Notes under the pieces: generated by a model
Databases searched by the model: none
What the model was told of the DNA's origin: nothing
What the model saw: the letters and a program-made list of their open reading frames with translations, nothing else
DNA from: an uncultured Piscirickettsiaceae bacterium
GTDB taxonomy: Bacteria > Pseudomonadota > Gammaproteobacteria > PS1 > Pseudothioglobaceae
Direction: 5' to 3'
NCBI GenBank assembly: GCA_964606585.1
Contig: CAZSHL010000001.1
Span: 1-47,840, forward strand
DNA: 47,840 nucleotides
In this document: one piece after another, positions 8,774 to 17,691 of the stretch
Position numbering within the stretch: position 1 is the first letter of the stretch
Layout of the letters: every line of letters starts with the position of its first letter
Position numbers and translations under genes: made by a program

Positions 8774-9499
8774 ATGAAGAAAACAAATAAGCTCTATTTT
8801 TTAGCCCTTATTGTTGTGGCCTCCACTTTAGGTTATTGTTTTTTTGGAGGTGCTCAAGACATTGACAAACTAAAAGACTCGGTTGCCCCTACCGCCTCAC
8901 TTTATCCTGAAGCACAGACTATTTCCGAGAGATTAGAGTTTATAAACGACCAGTCTGCTAAGATTGATTTATCTCAGCTGTCTAAAGGGAGATGGGTGTT
9001 GCTTTATTTTGGCTTCACCTCGTGTCCAGACGTTTGCCCTATTGATCTCGCCAAGATAAGCCAGAGCTACATAATGATGCAGAATAAAGAAAGCCTTCAG
9101 GTCGTCTTTATTTCGGTAGACCCAATGCGTGACATAGGCAAGCTTGACTCTTTTGCCCAAGCCTTTGACAAGTCTTTTGTGGGCTTAACGGCGCATGAGC
9201 AGAAGCTCGCTTCTGTTGCCAAGGCACTAGGGGTCTATCATCAGGTGGTAGAAACTCAACTGGACGCACAACATGACCATAGCGAGCATGACCATAGCGA
9301 ACACAAGAAGGGCTCAAACGGTGACGATATGGGCTCAAAGGACGAAATGAAATCTATGTCGAACAAACAATACAATGTTGACCATACAGCAAGCTTTCTG
9401 TTGCTGAGCCCAGACTTAAAACTAACCGCATTACTGACAAGCCCTCATGAACCAAAAGCTATGGCCCAAGCCCTAGACAAAATAATAGACGCTCTATAG
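8774..9499 (+). CDS. SCO family copper chaperone (SenC/Sco1) with His/Met-rich insertion
   Basis: YFGFTSCPDVCP, ISVDPMRD and YNVDHTA motifs; start at ATG 8774 or TTG 8756. Confidence 0.93.
   Translation: MKKTNKLYFLALIVVASTLGYCFFGGAQDIDKLKDSVAPTASLYPEAQTISERLEFINDQSAKIDLSQLSKGRWVLLYFGFTSCPDVCPIDLAKISQSYIMMQNKESLQVVFISVDPMRDIGKLDSFAQAFDKSFVGLTAHEQKLASVAKALGVYHQVVETQLDAQHDHSEHDHSEHKKGSNGDDMGSKDEMKSMSNKQYNVDHTASFLLLSPDLKLTALLTSPHEPKAMAQALDKIIDAL
9272..9301 (+). repeat. 15-bp tandem duplication encoding HDHSE-HDHSE
   Basis: catgaccatagcgag catgaccatagcgaa. Confidence 0.9.
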
Positions 9500-9688
9500 G
9501 CTTAAGGCAAGCCTAACTGAAGCAACAATTACACCAATGAAAAGAGCAGTCATAATTAGACCGACAATGATGTAGGCCCATGGCCCATTTTTTTCGGCTG
9601 TCTCAAAGTCCTTAGCCAAATTTTTTTTCTTGCCTACTCCGATCATCGCTGATGAAGCCGCTCTAACGATCTCAAAAAATTGCTTCAT
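9494..9688 (-). CDS. Small membrane protein (DUF2970-like), cox-associated
   Basis: 64 aa; AMIGVGKKKNLAKDF...PWAYIIVGLI pattern; starts 2 nt after the cyoE stop. Confidence 0.75.
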   Translation of the reverse strand: MKQFFEIVRAASSAMIGVGKKKNLAKDFETAEKNGPWAYIIVGLIMTALFIGVIVASVRLALSL

Positions 9689-9690
9689 GA

Positions 9691-10587
9691 CTATAACGCC
9701 ATTCCAAAAGGCATTAATAGATAATGGTCCACTAATAACGATACAAACAAAACCATCAGATAGTTAACGGAATATAAAAAGGTCTTAAAGGCGATCTTGG
9801 GGTTCTCTGGCTCAAGACAAATCTTAATTGCATATACCAAAAAAATTACTCCTAGTATGACTGCCGTTATTAGATAGATTATGCCACTCATGCCAGTAAG
9901 ATACGGCAACAACGTAACTACAAATAAAAGCACGGTATAGAGAAGTATTTGAAACTTGGTAAACTCGATGCCGTGTGTTACTGGAAGCATCGGCACTTCT
10001 GCCTTCTTATACTCCTCATGTCTATGAATCGCCAAAGCCCAAAAGTGAGGAGGGGTCCAAATAAAAACAATTAAAAACAACAACAACGAATATTCAATTC
10101 CTTGGGTTCCAGCGACCGCAGTCCAACCAAGAACAGGTGGTGCAGCCCCAGCAGCGCCACCAATAACTATATTTTGTGGTGTGGCTCTTTTTAAATACAT
10201 AGTATAAAAAACAGCGTATCCGATAAGAGATAAAAATGTGAGCGTCGCTGTCAATGTGTTAACAAAAAGAAACAATATACCTATGCCTAAAACTCCCAGG
10301 AAAAGACCCCAAACTAAGGCCTGTGATCTACTCACCTTTCTCTGCGGCAATGGCCGACGACTGGTTCTGGCCATTTTAATGTCAATCTTTTCATCAACGA
10401 TATGGTTAAATACAGCTGCCGACATAGCTGACAGCCCTATGCCTATCGAGGCAAAAACAATTAATGCCATACTAGGAAAGTATGGCACCGCCAACAACAT
10501 TCCCACTATGGCGGTTAATAAAATAAGATATACAACCTTTAACTTACAAAGTTCTAAGAGCCTTTTAATTGAGGGCAGGTCATTCAC
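9691..10587 (-). CDS. cyoE: Protoheme IX farnesyltransferase (heme O synthase)
   Basis: DEKIDIKMARTSRRPLP, LKRATPQNIVIGG and WTPPHFWAL motifs. Confidence 0.96.
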   Translation of the reverse strand: MNDLPSIKRLLELCKLKVVYLILLTAIVGMLLAVPYFPSMALIVFASIGIGLSAMSAAVFNHIVDEKIDIKMARTSRRPLPQRKVSRSQALVWGLFLGVLGIGILFLFVNTLTATLTFLSLIGYAVFYTMYLKRATPQNIVIGGAAGAAPPVLGWTAVAGTQGIEYSLLLFLIVFIWTPPHFWALAIHRHEEYKKAEVPMLPVTHGIEFTKFQILLYTVLLFVVTLLPYLTGMSGIIYLITAVILGVIFLVYAIKICLEPENPKIAFKTFLYSVNYLMVLFVSLLVDHYLLMPFGMAL

Positions 10588-11141
10588 TAGCCTATCCTGG
10601 AATATTTTAGCAATCGCTTAAGGTCTTTTATTGCTCGCTTTATGTCAATACCTTCTGCTTCATAATGCATCATGATATTTCCAATCGGATCAATCAAGAA
10701 TATAGATTCTTTCCCGAACGAGTTTAGGCGCTGGAAAAGAGCAAAGTTAGCAATAAAAACACTTAGCGCCTTGTCATTTAAATTTATCGCTCTTGAACCA
10801 TTAGGCAAGGCAACAGCTGTTTGGATGCGACGCATTTCATCGTTCATCAAGACACGAATAGTGTTCATATCTTCGACCGCCTTACTGCAAAGGATTTCAC
10901 ATTTATCGGCAACATAAGCAAGCGTCCAAAGACCCTCAAAGGAACCATCATCATCAATAACAAAGTCTTCCTTTTGTGTCACTATTATCGGCTGTACCAG
11001 TTCACCATAGTTGACTGTGTTCTCGCTAAAGTACTTTGGGTTTAGAAAATAAAACAACGTGCCTAGGGCAATTGGCAATATAAACATTGTCAATAAAATC
11101 CACAATTCTCTTTTTGCTGTCATCGTCTTTATTTGAATCAA
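10587..11141 (-). CDS. Membrane-anchored thioredoxin-like protein of cox clusters (function unknown)
   Basis: N-terminal TM helix, VNYGELVQP, CEILC, LIDPIGNIMMHY, KDLKRLLKYSRIG; stop overlaps the cyoE start; true start may be ATG 11123. Confidence 0.8.
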   Translation of the reverse strand: MIQIKTMTAKRELWILLTMFILPIALGTLFYFLNPKYFSENTVNYGELVQPIIVTQKEDFVIDDDGSFEGLWTLAYVADKCEILCSKAVEDMNTIRVLMNDEMRRIQTAVALPNGSRAINLNDKALSVFIANFALFQRLNSFGKESIFLIDPIGNIMMHYEAEGIDIKRAIKDLKRLLKYSRIG

Positions 11142-11185
11142 AAGTGCGTAATCATACGCTGTTGGTGAAAAAAACTCAAACCGCT

Positions 11186-11959
11186 TTAAAGCCTAACCTC
11201 AATTCCATTTGCTTGCATTTCTTTTTTGGCCTCAAAAACGGAATATTCACCAAAATGAAAAATGCTTGCCGCTAGTACAGCGTCCGCCCCTCCCTCAAGA
11301 ACGCCTTCGGCAAGGTGTGATAATTTTCCTACCCCTCCAGAGGCAATAACAGGAACATTAACTGCATCTGAAACGGCTCTTGTCAGCTCAATATCAAACC
11401 CGTCTTTTGTGCCGTCTCTATCCATCGAAGTAAGCAAAACCTCTCCCGCTCCAAAGTCGCCTTGGGTCATTTTTTTTGCCCACTCAATAGCGCCAATCCC
11501 GGTTGGCTTGCGACCACCATGCGTAAAGACCTCCCATTTTGCTGGAGAGCCGGAGACACGCTTAGCGTCAATTGCAATAACGATACATTGTGAGCCAAAA
11601 CGTTCGCTAAGTTCGTTTATGAGACCCTGGTTCAAGACGGCTGCAGAGTTGATCGCAACCTTATCTGCGCCAGCATTTAACATTGCAAGAACGTCCTCTG
11701 TCTTTCTTATCCCTCCCCCCACAGTTAAAGGAATGAAGACTTGCTCTGCTATTTTCTCAACCATATAAGCGGTCGTGTCACGCCCTTCATGTGAGGCTGT
11801 AATGTCAAGAAAAGTAATCTCGTCTGCCCCCTCGACGTCATATCTCTTGGCCACCTCAATCGGGTCGCCCGCATCCTTAATGTCAACAAACTGAACGCCC
11901 TTGACGACTCGGCCATCTTGAACGTCAAGGCAAGGGATAATGCGCTTTGCTAAACTCAT
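11186..11959 (-). CDS. hisF: Imidazole glycerol phosphate synthase cyclase subunit
   Basis: [24 protein letters not shown] and LAASIFH motifs. Confidence 0.98.
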   Translation of the reverse strand: MSLAKRIIPCLDVQDGRVVKGVQFVDIKDAGDPIEVAKRYDVEGADEITFLDITASHEGRDTTAYMVEKIAEQVFIPLTVGGGIRKTEDVLAMLNAGADKVAINSAAVLNQGLINELSERFGSQCIVIAIDAKRVSGSPAKWEVFTHGGRKPTGIGAIEWAKKMTQGDFGAGEVLLTSMDRDGTKDGFDIELTRAVSDAVNVPVIASGGVGKLSHLAEGVLEGGADAVLAASIFHFGEYSVFEAKKEMQANGIEVRL

Positions 11960-12088
11960 GACATATAATTTTACAGTATTAAATACAAACTGAAGCTTTT
12001 TGCTTTTTTGTCAGGGTCTTTTTTTACAGTTATTGCTTATTTTTTTTGTAAAAGGCCTCTGTATGTCTTATAGGTATAATTGCGCTCT

Positions 12089-12832
12089 ATGACTGAAGCA
12101 AATGAAGCACCAACAATGAAGCAACCCGCCCCTAAGCATATTGCCATTATCATGGATGGCAACGGTCGTTGGGCTCATTCACGAGGACTGCCTAGAACAA
12201 GCGGACATAAAGCGGGAGTAAAAAGCGTTCGTAGCACAGTTAAGTACTGCGCCAAGATAGGGGTCGAAACTCTAACCCTTTTTGCGTTTAGCTCTGAAAA
12301 CAAGCACCGACCAAAAAAAGAGGTTTCTCTTCTGTTTGATTTGTTTCTTACAGTTCTTACAAACGAAACTCAAAAGCTTAACAAAAACAATATTCGCCTA
12401 GTTATTATTGGAGACCTCTCTATATTTCCAGAAAAAACCAAAAAACTCGCCTATCAGGCACAACAAGACCTAGCAAAAAACACAGGACTTACCCTTGTTA
12501 TTGCAGCTAACTATAGTGGCCAATGGGACATTTTGGAAGCTGCAAAAAAAATTGTGCACAAGTCTATTAATGAAAAACTGAAGCCACACGAAATTGACCA
12601 CAAGGAATTCAAAAAGCATACTTCCTTAGCTAAATACCCGCCTGTTGACTTGCTCATTCGCACTAGCGGTGAGATTAGGCTGAGCAATTTTCTGCTCTGG
12701 GATATTGCTTATAGTGAGCTTTACTTTTGTAACACAATGTGGCCTGATTTTGACACGAAAGAGCTAGATCTAGCGATTGAAAATTTTCATTTGCGTGAGC
12801 GCCGTTACGGGGCTCGTAAGGATAAGCAATAG
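12089..12832 (+). CDS. uppS: Undecaprenyl diphosphate synthase
   Basis: HIAIIMDGNGRWA, FAFSSEN and LIRTSGEIRLSNFLLW motifs; start at ATG 12089 (alternative 12116). Confidence 0.97.
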   Translation: MTEANEAPTMKQPAPKHIAIIMDGNGRWAHSRGLPRTSGHKAGVKSVRSTVKYCAKIGVETLTLFAFSSENKHRPKKEVSLLFDLFLTVLTNETQKLNKNNIRLVIIGDLSIFPEKTKKLAYQAQQDLAKNTGLTLVIAANYSGQWDILEAAKKIVHKSINEKLKPHEIDHKEFKKHTSLAKYPPVDLLIRTSGEIRLSNFLLWDIAYSELYFCNTMWPDFDTKELDLAIENFHLRERRYGARKDKQ

Positions 12833-13641
12833 TGCTTACTAAACGAATTATTACGGCTGCGATTTTAGTGCCAATTGTGGTACTGGGCACATTATTTCTG
12901 AACCCTCAGCTTTTTTCTATCGTCTTGGCTCTTGTAACATCTTTTGCTGCATGGGAGCTTTGCAATCTGATCAATATAATAAAGCCTCTAACCAAAGCGC
13001 TCTCGATTTGTGTATTGGTTTTTCTTTCATTTATTATTTCAAGTGTTGATTCTTGGTTCATGCCAATCATAGTTTTTTCCTCTTGCTGGTGGCTTTTAAA
13101 TGCCTACTGGATCTTTTACTATCCAAGGCTAGTTAATGTCTGGCATGGCAGCAGGATTACCAAAGCTCTTAACGGCCTATTTATGCTAGCGCCTATGTTT
13201 TTGGCCTTGACAGCATTACAAAAAGACAACGCCCATCTAGTCTTATTGCTATTCGTTATTGTTTGGGGCGCAGATACTGGAGCCTATATTGTAGGAAAGT
13301 TTTTTGGCACAAAAAAACTTTGCCCTCAAGTTAGCCCCGGCAAAACAATAGAGGGTCTTCTTGGCGGGATTATTTCCTCTATGGTAATTATGTATTGCTA
13401 TTTGACATTTTTTACAGAGACTTCTGGAGTTGCCCAATACCTCGCATATCTAGCTTTGTCAGTAGCTGTTTCAATAACGTCAGTTATTGGCGACCTATTT
13501 GAAAGCATTCATAAAAGGATTGCAAAGGTTAAAGATAGTGGGGCTTTGCTGCCAGGGCACGGTGGCTTTCTTGACAGAATAGACAGTCTCACGTCTGCAG
13601 CGCCAGTATTTTGCCTGATTTATTTTGGCGCGCTGCTATGA
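12832..13641 (+). CDS. cdsA: Phosphatidate cytidylyltransferase
   Basis: SPGKTIEG, GDLFES and KDSGALLPGHGGFLDRIDS motifs. Confidence 0.96.
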   Translation: MLTKRIITAAILVPIVVLGTLFLNPQLFSIVLALVTSFAAWELCNLINIIKPLTKALSICVLVFLSFIISSVDSWFMPIIVFSSCWWLLNAYWIFYYPRLVNVWHGSRITKALNGLFMLAPMFLALTALQKDNAHLVLLLFVIVWGADTGAYIVGKFFGTKKLCPQVSPGKTIEGLLGGIISSMVIMYCYLTFFTETSGVAQYLAYLALSVAVSITSVIGDLFESIHKRIAKVKDSGALLPGHGGFLDRIDSLTSAAPVFCLIYFGALL

Positions 13642-14789
13642 AAAACATTACTATATTGGGCGCAACAGGCTCCATTGGCCTAAACACACTAGATGTCGCT
13701 TCCCTTCATCCGGAAAAATTTAAAATTTTTGCCATAAGCGCAAACTCTAACTGGGAACTAATGCTCAAACTTTGTGAGACTCATAATCCTGCTTATGCTG
13801 TTATGGTTGAGCCAGAGGCTGCTAAAGAGCTAAGTAAGAGAGTGACTTCTGAGGTTATTGTTTTATCTGGAGATCAAGCGCTTGTACAAATCTCTGAGCA
13901 CAAGCAGACTGACTATGTCATGGCTGGCATTGTTGGAAGCGCAGGACTGGAGTCCGTCTTAGCGGCAGCAAATTCTGGCAAAAGAGTTATGCTGGCAAAC
14001 AAAGAGTCTCTCGTGCTTGCCGGAAGCCTGTTAATGAAGACATCCCAAGACGCAGGCGCGGAAATAATACCAGTAGACTCTGAGCATAGCGCGATATTTC
14101 AATGCCTACAAGGAGGTTCTAGCGGACTCAAAAAAATCCAATTGACTGCATCAGGAGGCCCCTTTCTTGATTTTCCGCCTTCGAAGCTTGCTAGCGTTAC
14201 GCCAGAACAGGCATGCAAACACCCTAACTGGAAAATGGGAAGAAAAATATCGGTAGACTCGGCTACTATGATGAACAAAGGGCTGGAGATTATTGAAGCG
14301 CATTTTTTATTTTCTCTTTCTCGCTCAAAAATTGAGGTTGTTGTTCACCCACAGAGCGTTGTTCATTCGCTTGTTTGTTTTGACGACGGCAGCACCATTG
14401 CTCAGCTTGGCCTACCCGACATGAGGGCGGCTATATCTTATGCGTTGTCCTATCCTGAGCGTCATTTGTCAGGAGTACAGACTCTAGATCTTACAAAACA
14501 AAAACCACTTGAGTTTTTCCCTCCAAACTTCAAGTCTTTTCCATGCTTAAAGCTTGCCTATGAGGCGCTTAAAATAGGTAAGAGTTTGCCTGGCACATTA
14601 AACGCCGCTAATGAGGTTGCGGTAGCATCTTTCCTTAGTGGGAAAGTGGGATTTTTGGATATAGCAAAAATTATAGAAAAGACCCTTGTTAAAGCACCGA
14701 CTAGTGAACTTGACTCGCTCTCGGGAATTGTGGAAAATGACCGAATTTCTCGGCAAATAGCAAAATCAATCATTGATTCCAGTATTTAA
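13638..14789 (+). CDS. dxr: 1-deoxy-D-xylulose 5-phosphate reductoisomerase
   Basis: LGATGSIG, LANKESL, PVDSEHSAIFQ and DSATMMNKGLE motifs; ATG overlaps the cdsA TGA. Confidence 0.97.
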   Translation: MKNITILGATGSIGLNTLDVASLHPEKFKIFAISANSNWELMLKLCETHNPAYAVMVEPEAAKELSKRVTSEVIVLSGDQALVQISEHKQTDYVMAGIVGSAGLESVLAAANSGKRVMLANKESLVLAGSLLMKTSQDAGAEIIPVDSEHSAIFQCLQGGSSGLKKIQLTASGGPFLDFPPSKLASVTPEQACKHPNWKMGRKISVDSATMMNKGLEIIEAHFLFSLSRSKIEVVVHPQSVVHSLVCFDDGSTIAQLGLPDMRAAISYALSYPERHLSGVQTLDLTKQKPLEFFPPNFKSFPCLKLAYEALKIGKSLPGTLNAANEVAVASFLSGKVGFLDIAKIIEKTLVKAPTSELDSLSGIVENDRISRQIAKSIIDSSI

Positions 14790-15909
14790 AAAATTCAGGC
14801 TTTTTGTTTGCAAGCTTATAGTTCTAGCTATTATAGCTATTGCGTTACCTGTAGACGCGCATAACCAACATGAATTTCACTTTGAGACTACAAGGGGTGA
14901 TGTATTTTATAAGTTTTTCTTTAAAACGGGCCTTTCTAGAGAACTACTAAATAAAATGATGGCGGCAGACGGTCGTGCCAAAAGGCTTAACAATATTTAC
15001 CCAGGGGACAAGTTCAAAATAACCCTGAATAACGATCATAGCCTTAAGAGTATCATTTACAGACCTGTATATGAAAGCCCCATGATTATTAACTATAGCG
15101 ATGGAGAGTTTCGTTTTTTAGTTGTCAATATCCAGCCCACTTCTGACATCACACGCTCAACAATTACCATTACCAAATCTCTTAACTATGACGCAAAAGA
15201 GGCTGGGATTGAGGCAGAAATAAGAAAGCTTATCGTAGAAAATTTTTCATGGGAGTTAGACTTTAGTCGCGACCTGAGCAAGGGAGACAAATTTATACTT
15301 GCCTGGAATGGCTCTGACATTCCAACCGCAATGATTTATGCTGGAAAAAGAAGGACAATTTCATTGTTTGCATATAAAGACTCAAAAGGAAAAACCAACT
15401 ACTACCAAATTAATGGAAAGACCCTAAACGACAGTTTTTATTTTGCACCACTAAAATATGACCGAATCAGTTCAGGCTACCAAAAAAGACGATATCATCC
15501 AGTAAAAAAAGTATGGAGAGCTCATCGCGGCACAGACTTTGCTGCTCCGACTGGGCGAAAAGTATATGCCCCAGCAAAGGGGATTGTCAAGCATGTCGCA
15601 GTTTTGAGTGGCTTTGGCAACGTGGTATATATTAATCATGGCGCCCACCTAACAACTGTGTATGCGCACTTGTCTCGATTTGCCAAGGGACTAAAGTCTA
15701 GCCACAGAGTTTCGAAAGGTCAAACTATCGGTTATGTTGGCAGCTCAGGAATGTCAACGGGGCCACACCTGCACTATGAAATCCGGCTAGACGGCGTGCA
15801 TAAGGATCCCGAGAAATACAGCCCTCCTAAACAGCTACAGGTGCCCCAAGAGTCAATGGCTGAATTTGTAAAGCATGCAAAAAATATCTTAGCTGAACTA
15901 AACATATAA
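14773..15909 (+). CDS. M23 family peptidoglycan DD-metalloendopeptidase (MepM-like)
   Basis: HRGTDFAAP (HxxxD), YAHLS and STGPHLHYE (HxH) motifs; N-terminal signal/TM segment. Confidence 0.92.
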   Translation: MIPVFKKFRLFVCKLIVLAIIAIALPVDAHNQHEFHFETTRGDVFYKFFFKTGLSRELLNKMMAADGRAKRLNNIYPGDKFKITLNNDHSLKSIIYRPVYESPMIINYSDGEFRFLVVNIQPTSDITRSTITITKSLNYDAKEAGIEAEIRKLIVENFSWELDFSRDLSKGDKFILAWNGSDIPTAMIYAGKRRTISLFAYKDSKGKTNYYQINGKTLNDSFYFAPLKYDRISSGYQKRRYHPVKKVWRAHRGTDFAAPTGRKVYAPAKGIVKHVAVLSGFGNVVYINHGAHLTTVYAHLSRFAKGLKSSHRVSKGQTIGYVGSSGMSTGPHLHYEIRLDGVHKDPEKYSPPKQLQVPQESMAEFVKHAKNILAELNI

Positions 15910-15993
15910 AATCCAGCGCTTTGTCGCCAACAGACCGACTTAGAGAAAAACAATCGATTAAAATGATAGCTTTAATGTGGGTTAATAAATCTT

Positions 15994-16869
15994 ATGGAGC
16001 CGCTTTTACAAACACAACTTAGCCTGCCTCTTCTTCATAGCGGAAAGGTTAGGGACATTTTTGATATTAATGAGGAAATGATGCTCATAGTGGCAACCGA
16101 CAGGCTTTCTGCCTTTGATGTTGTCTTTAACCAGCCCATTCTTGAAAAAGGCAAAATTCTTACTTCTGTAGCAAACTATTGGTTTAATAAAACGGAGCAC
16201 ATTGTTCCCAACCACTTAACAAAAGTTTCGCTTGAAGAGGTACTTAGCAAAAAGGAGGCCGAGCAGCTCAAAGGCAGGGCTATAGTGGTAAAAAAACTAA
16301 AGCCTTTACCTATTGAAGCTGTAGTAAGAGGCTACCTTATTGGGTCTGGCTGGAAAGAGTACGTGACTTTAGGGTCGCTATGCAATATCCCTTTGCCCAC
16401 AGGGCTTAAGCTCGCACAAAAATTAGAAAGACCTCTATACACCCCCTCCTCAAAAGCTCCTGCTGGAGAGCACGATACTAACATATCTCTATCAGATACA
16501 AAGGAGCTACTTGGAGAAGGGCTTGCTGTCGAAGTTAAAGAAAGAAGCCTGGAAATTTATAAGTTTGCATTCGAGCATGCAATTAGTCGAGGCATTATTA
16601 TTGCTGATACTAAGTTTGAGTTTGGACTAGATGCCAACAACCAGCTCACTTTGATGGACGAGGTTTTAACTCCCGACTCTTCAAGATTTTGGGCTGAAAA
16701 GGAATATAGAGCAGGAGCTAGCCCAAAAAGCTATGACAAGCAAATCGTAAGAGACTATCTTGAAACGCTTAGCTGGGACAAGATCTCTCCCCCTCCAACG
16801 CTGCCTGAGGATATATTGTCTAAAACCTCAAAAAAGTACGAAGAGGTTAAGAGGCTATTATGCAGTTAA
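15994..16869 (+). CDS. purC: SAICAR synthase
   Basis: SGKVRDIF, DRLSAFD, ADTKFEFG and DEVLTPDSSRFW motifs. Confidence 0.97.
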   Translation: MEPLLQTQLSLPLLHSGKVRDIFDINEEMMLIVATDRLSAFDVVFNQPILEKGKILTSVANYWFNKTEHIVPNHLTKVSLEEVLSKKEAEQLKGRAIVVKKLKPLPIEAVVRGYLIGSGWKEYVTLGSLCNIPLPTGLKLAQKLERPLYTPSSKAPAGEHDTNISLSDTKELLGEGLAVEVKERSLEIYKFAFEHAISRGIIIADTKFEFGLDANNQLTLMDEVLTPDSSRFWAEKEYRAGASPKSYDKQIVRDYLETLSWDKISPPPTLPEDILSKTSKKYEEVKRLLCS

Positions 16870-17660
16870 GCGGACATATCAACAAAATGAACGCTCGTTT
16901 GGTCTCTGGAGTTGCCTGCTACGAGCTTTCTTTTGATGAACAGAAGTTAGACATTAACGCCCTTATTGGCAAGCCGATAAGACTTCAATTTAATCAGGAA
17001 ATAAGATGTTCTTTTTGTGGCAAAACAACCAAAAAAAGCTACTCTCAAGGCTACTGCTGGCCTTGTTCAAGCACTCTCGCTCGTTGTGATCTATGCATCA
17101 TGAGGCCAGAAACTTGTCACTACCATCATGGCACCTGTCGAGAGCCAGATTGGGGTGAGACAAACTGCTTTGCTCCGCACATAGTTTATATTGCAAACAC
17201 TTCAGGCGCAAAAGTTGGCATTACTCGTAAAACAAACATCCCTAGTCGTTGGATTGATCAAGGTGCTTCAAGCGCACTGCCCATTCTTGAGACAAAAACA
17301 AGGTTGGACTCTGGGCTTATTGAAAAAGCCCTTAAAGAGACCATTTCTGACAGGACTAATTGGCGGAAAATGTTATCGAACGAAGTCGATGCAGCTGACC
17401 TTGTTACTACTAAACAGACTCTTCTAGAAAAAATTCCTACTCTGATAGACGAACTTGAAGCAAAGCCTTTGTATAACGATATCGTCAACATTGACTACCC
17501 TGTGATAAAATACCCGGCCAAGATTGTCTCCCTAAACTTTGATAAAACGCCAGATATTGCTGGCATTTTAAATGGCATTAAAGGACAGTACCTGTTGCTT
17601 GATTGTGGTGTGCTTAATATAAGAAAATTTAGCTCCTACCACTTGACAGTCTCGGCTTAA
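16860..17660 (+). CDS. DUF2797 family Cys-rich protein
   Basis: CSFCG, SQGYCWPC, CIMRPETCHY, KVGITR, RWIDQGA and GIKGQYL pattern; overlaps the purC end. Confidence 0.85.
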   Translation: MQLSGHINKMNARLVSGVACYELSFDEQKLDINALIGKPIRLQFNQEIRCSFCGKTTKKSYSQGYCWPCSSTLARCDLCIMRPETCHYHHGTCREPDWGETNCFAPHIVYIANTSGAKVGITRKTNIPSRWIDQGASSALPILETKTRLDSGLIEKALKETISDRTNWRKMLSNEVDAADLVTTKQTLLEKIPTLIDELEAKPLYNDIVNIDYPVIKYPAKIVSLNFDKTPDIAGILNGIKGQYLLLDCGVLNIRKFSSYHLTVSA

Positions 17661-17691
17661 ACGTCACTAAATTTTTTAAGGCACGACTGAG

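Noticed and set aside
11262-11768. 168-aa ORF antisense to hisF (likewise 10238-10621, 25631-25966, 33751-34254, 35104-35502, 42011-42319 and other nested ORFs)
   Set aside because: Fully or mostly overlap well-supported conserved genes and show no recognisable motifs
15910-15993. Purine riboswitch or PurR box upstream of purC
   Set aside because: No convincing PurR consensus or riboswitch-like structure in the 84-bp spacer
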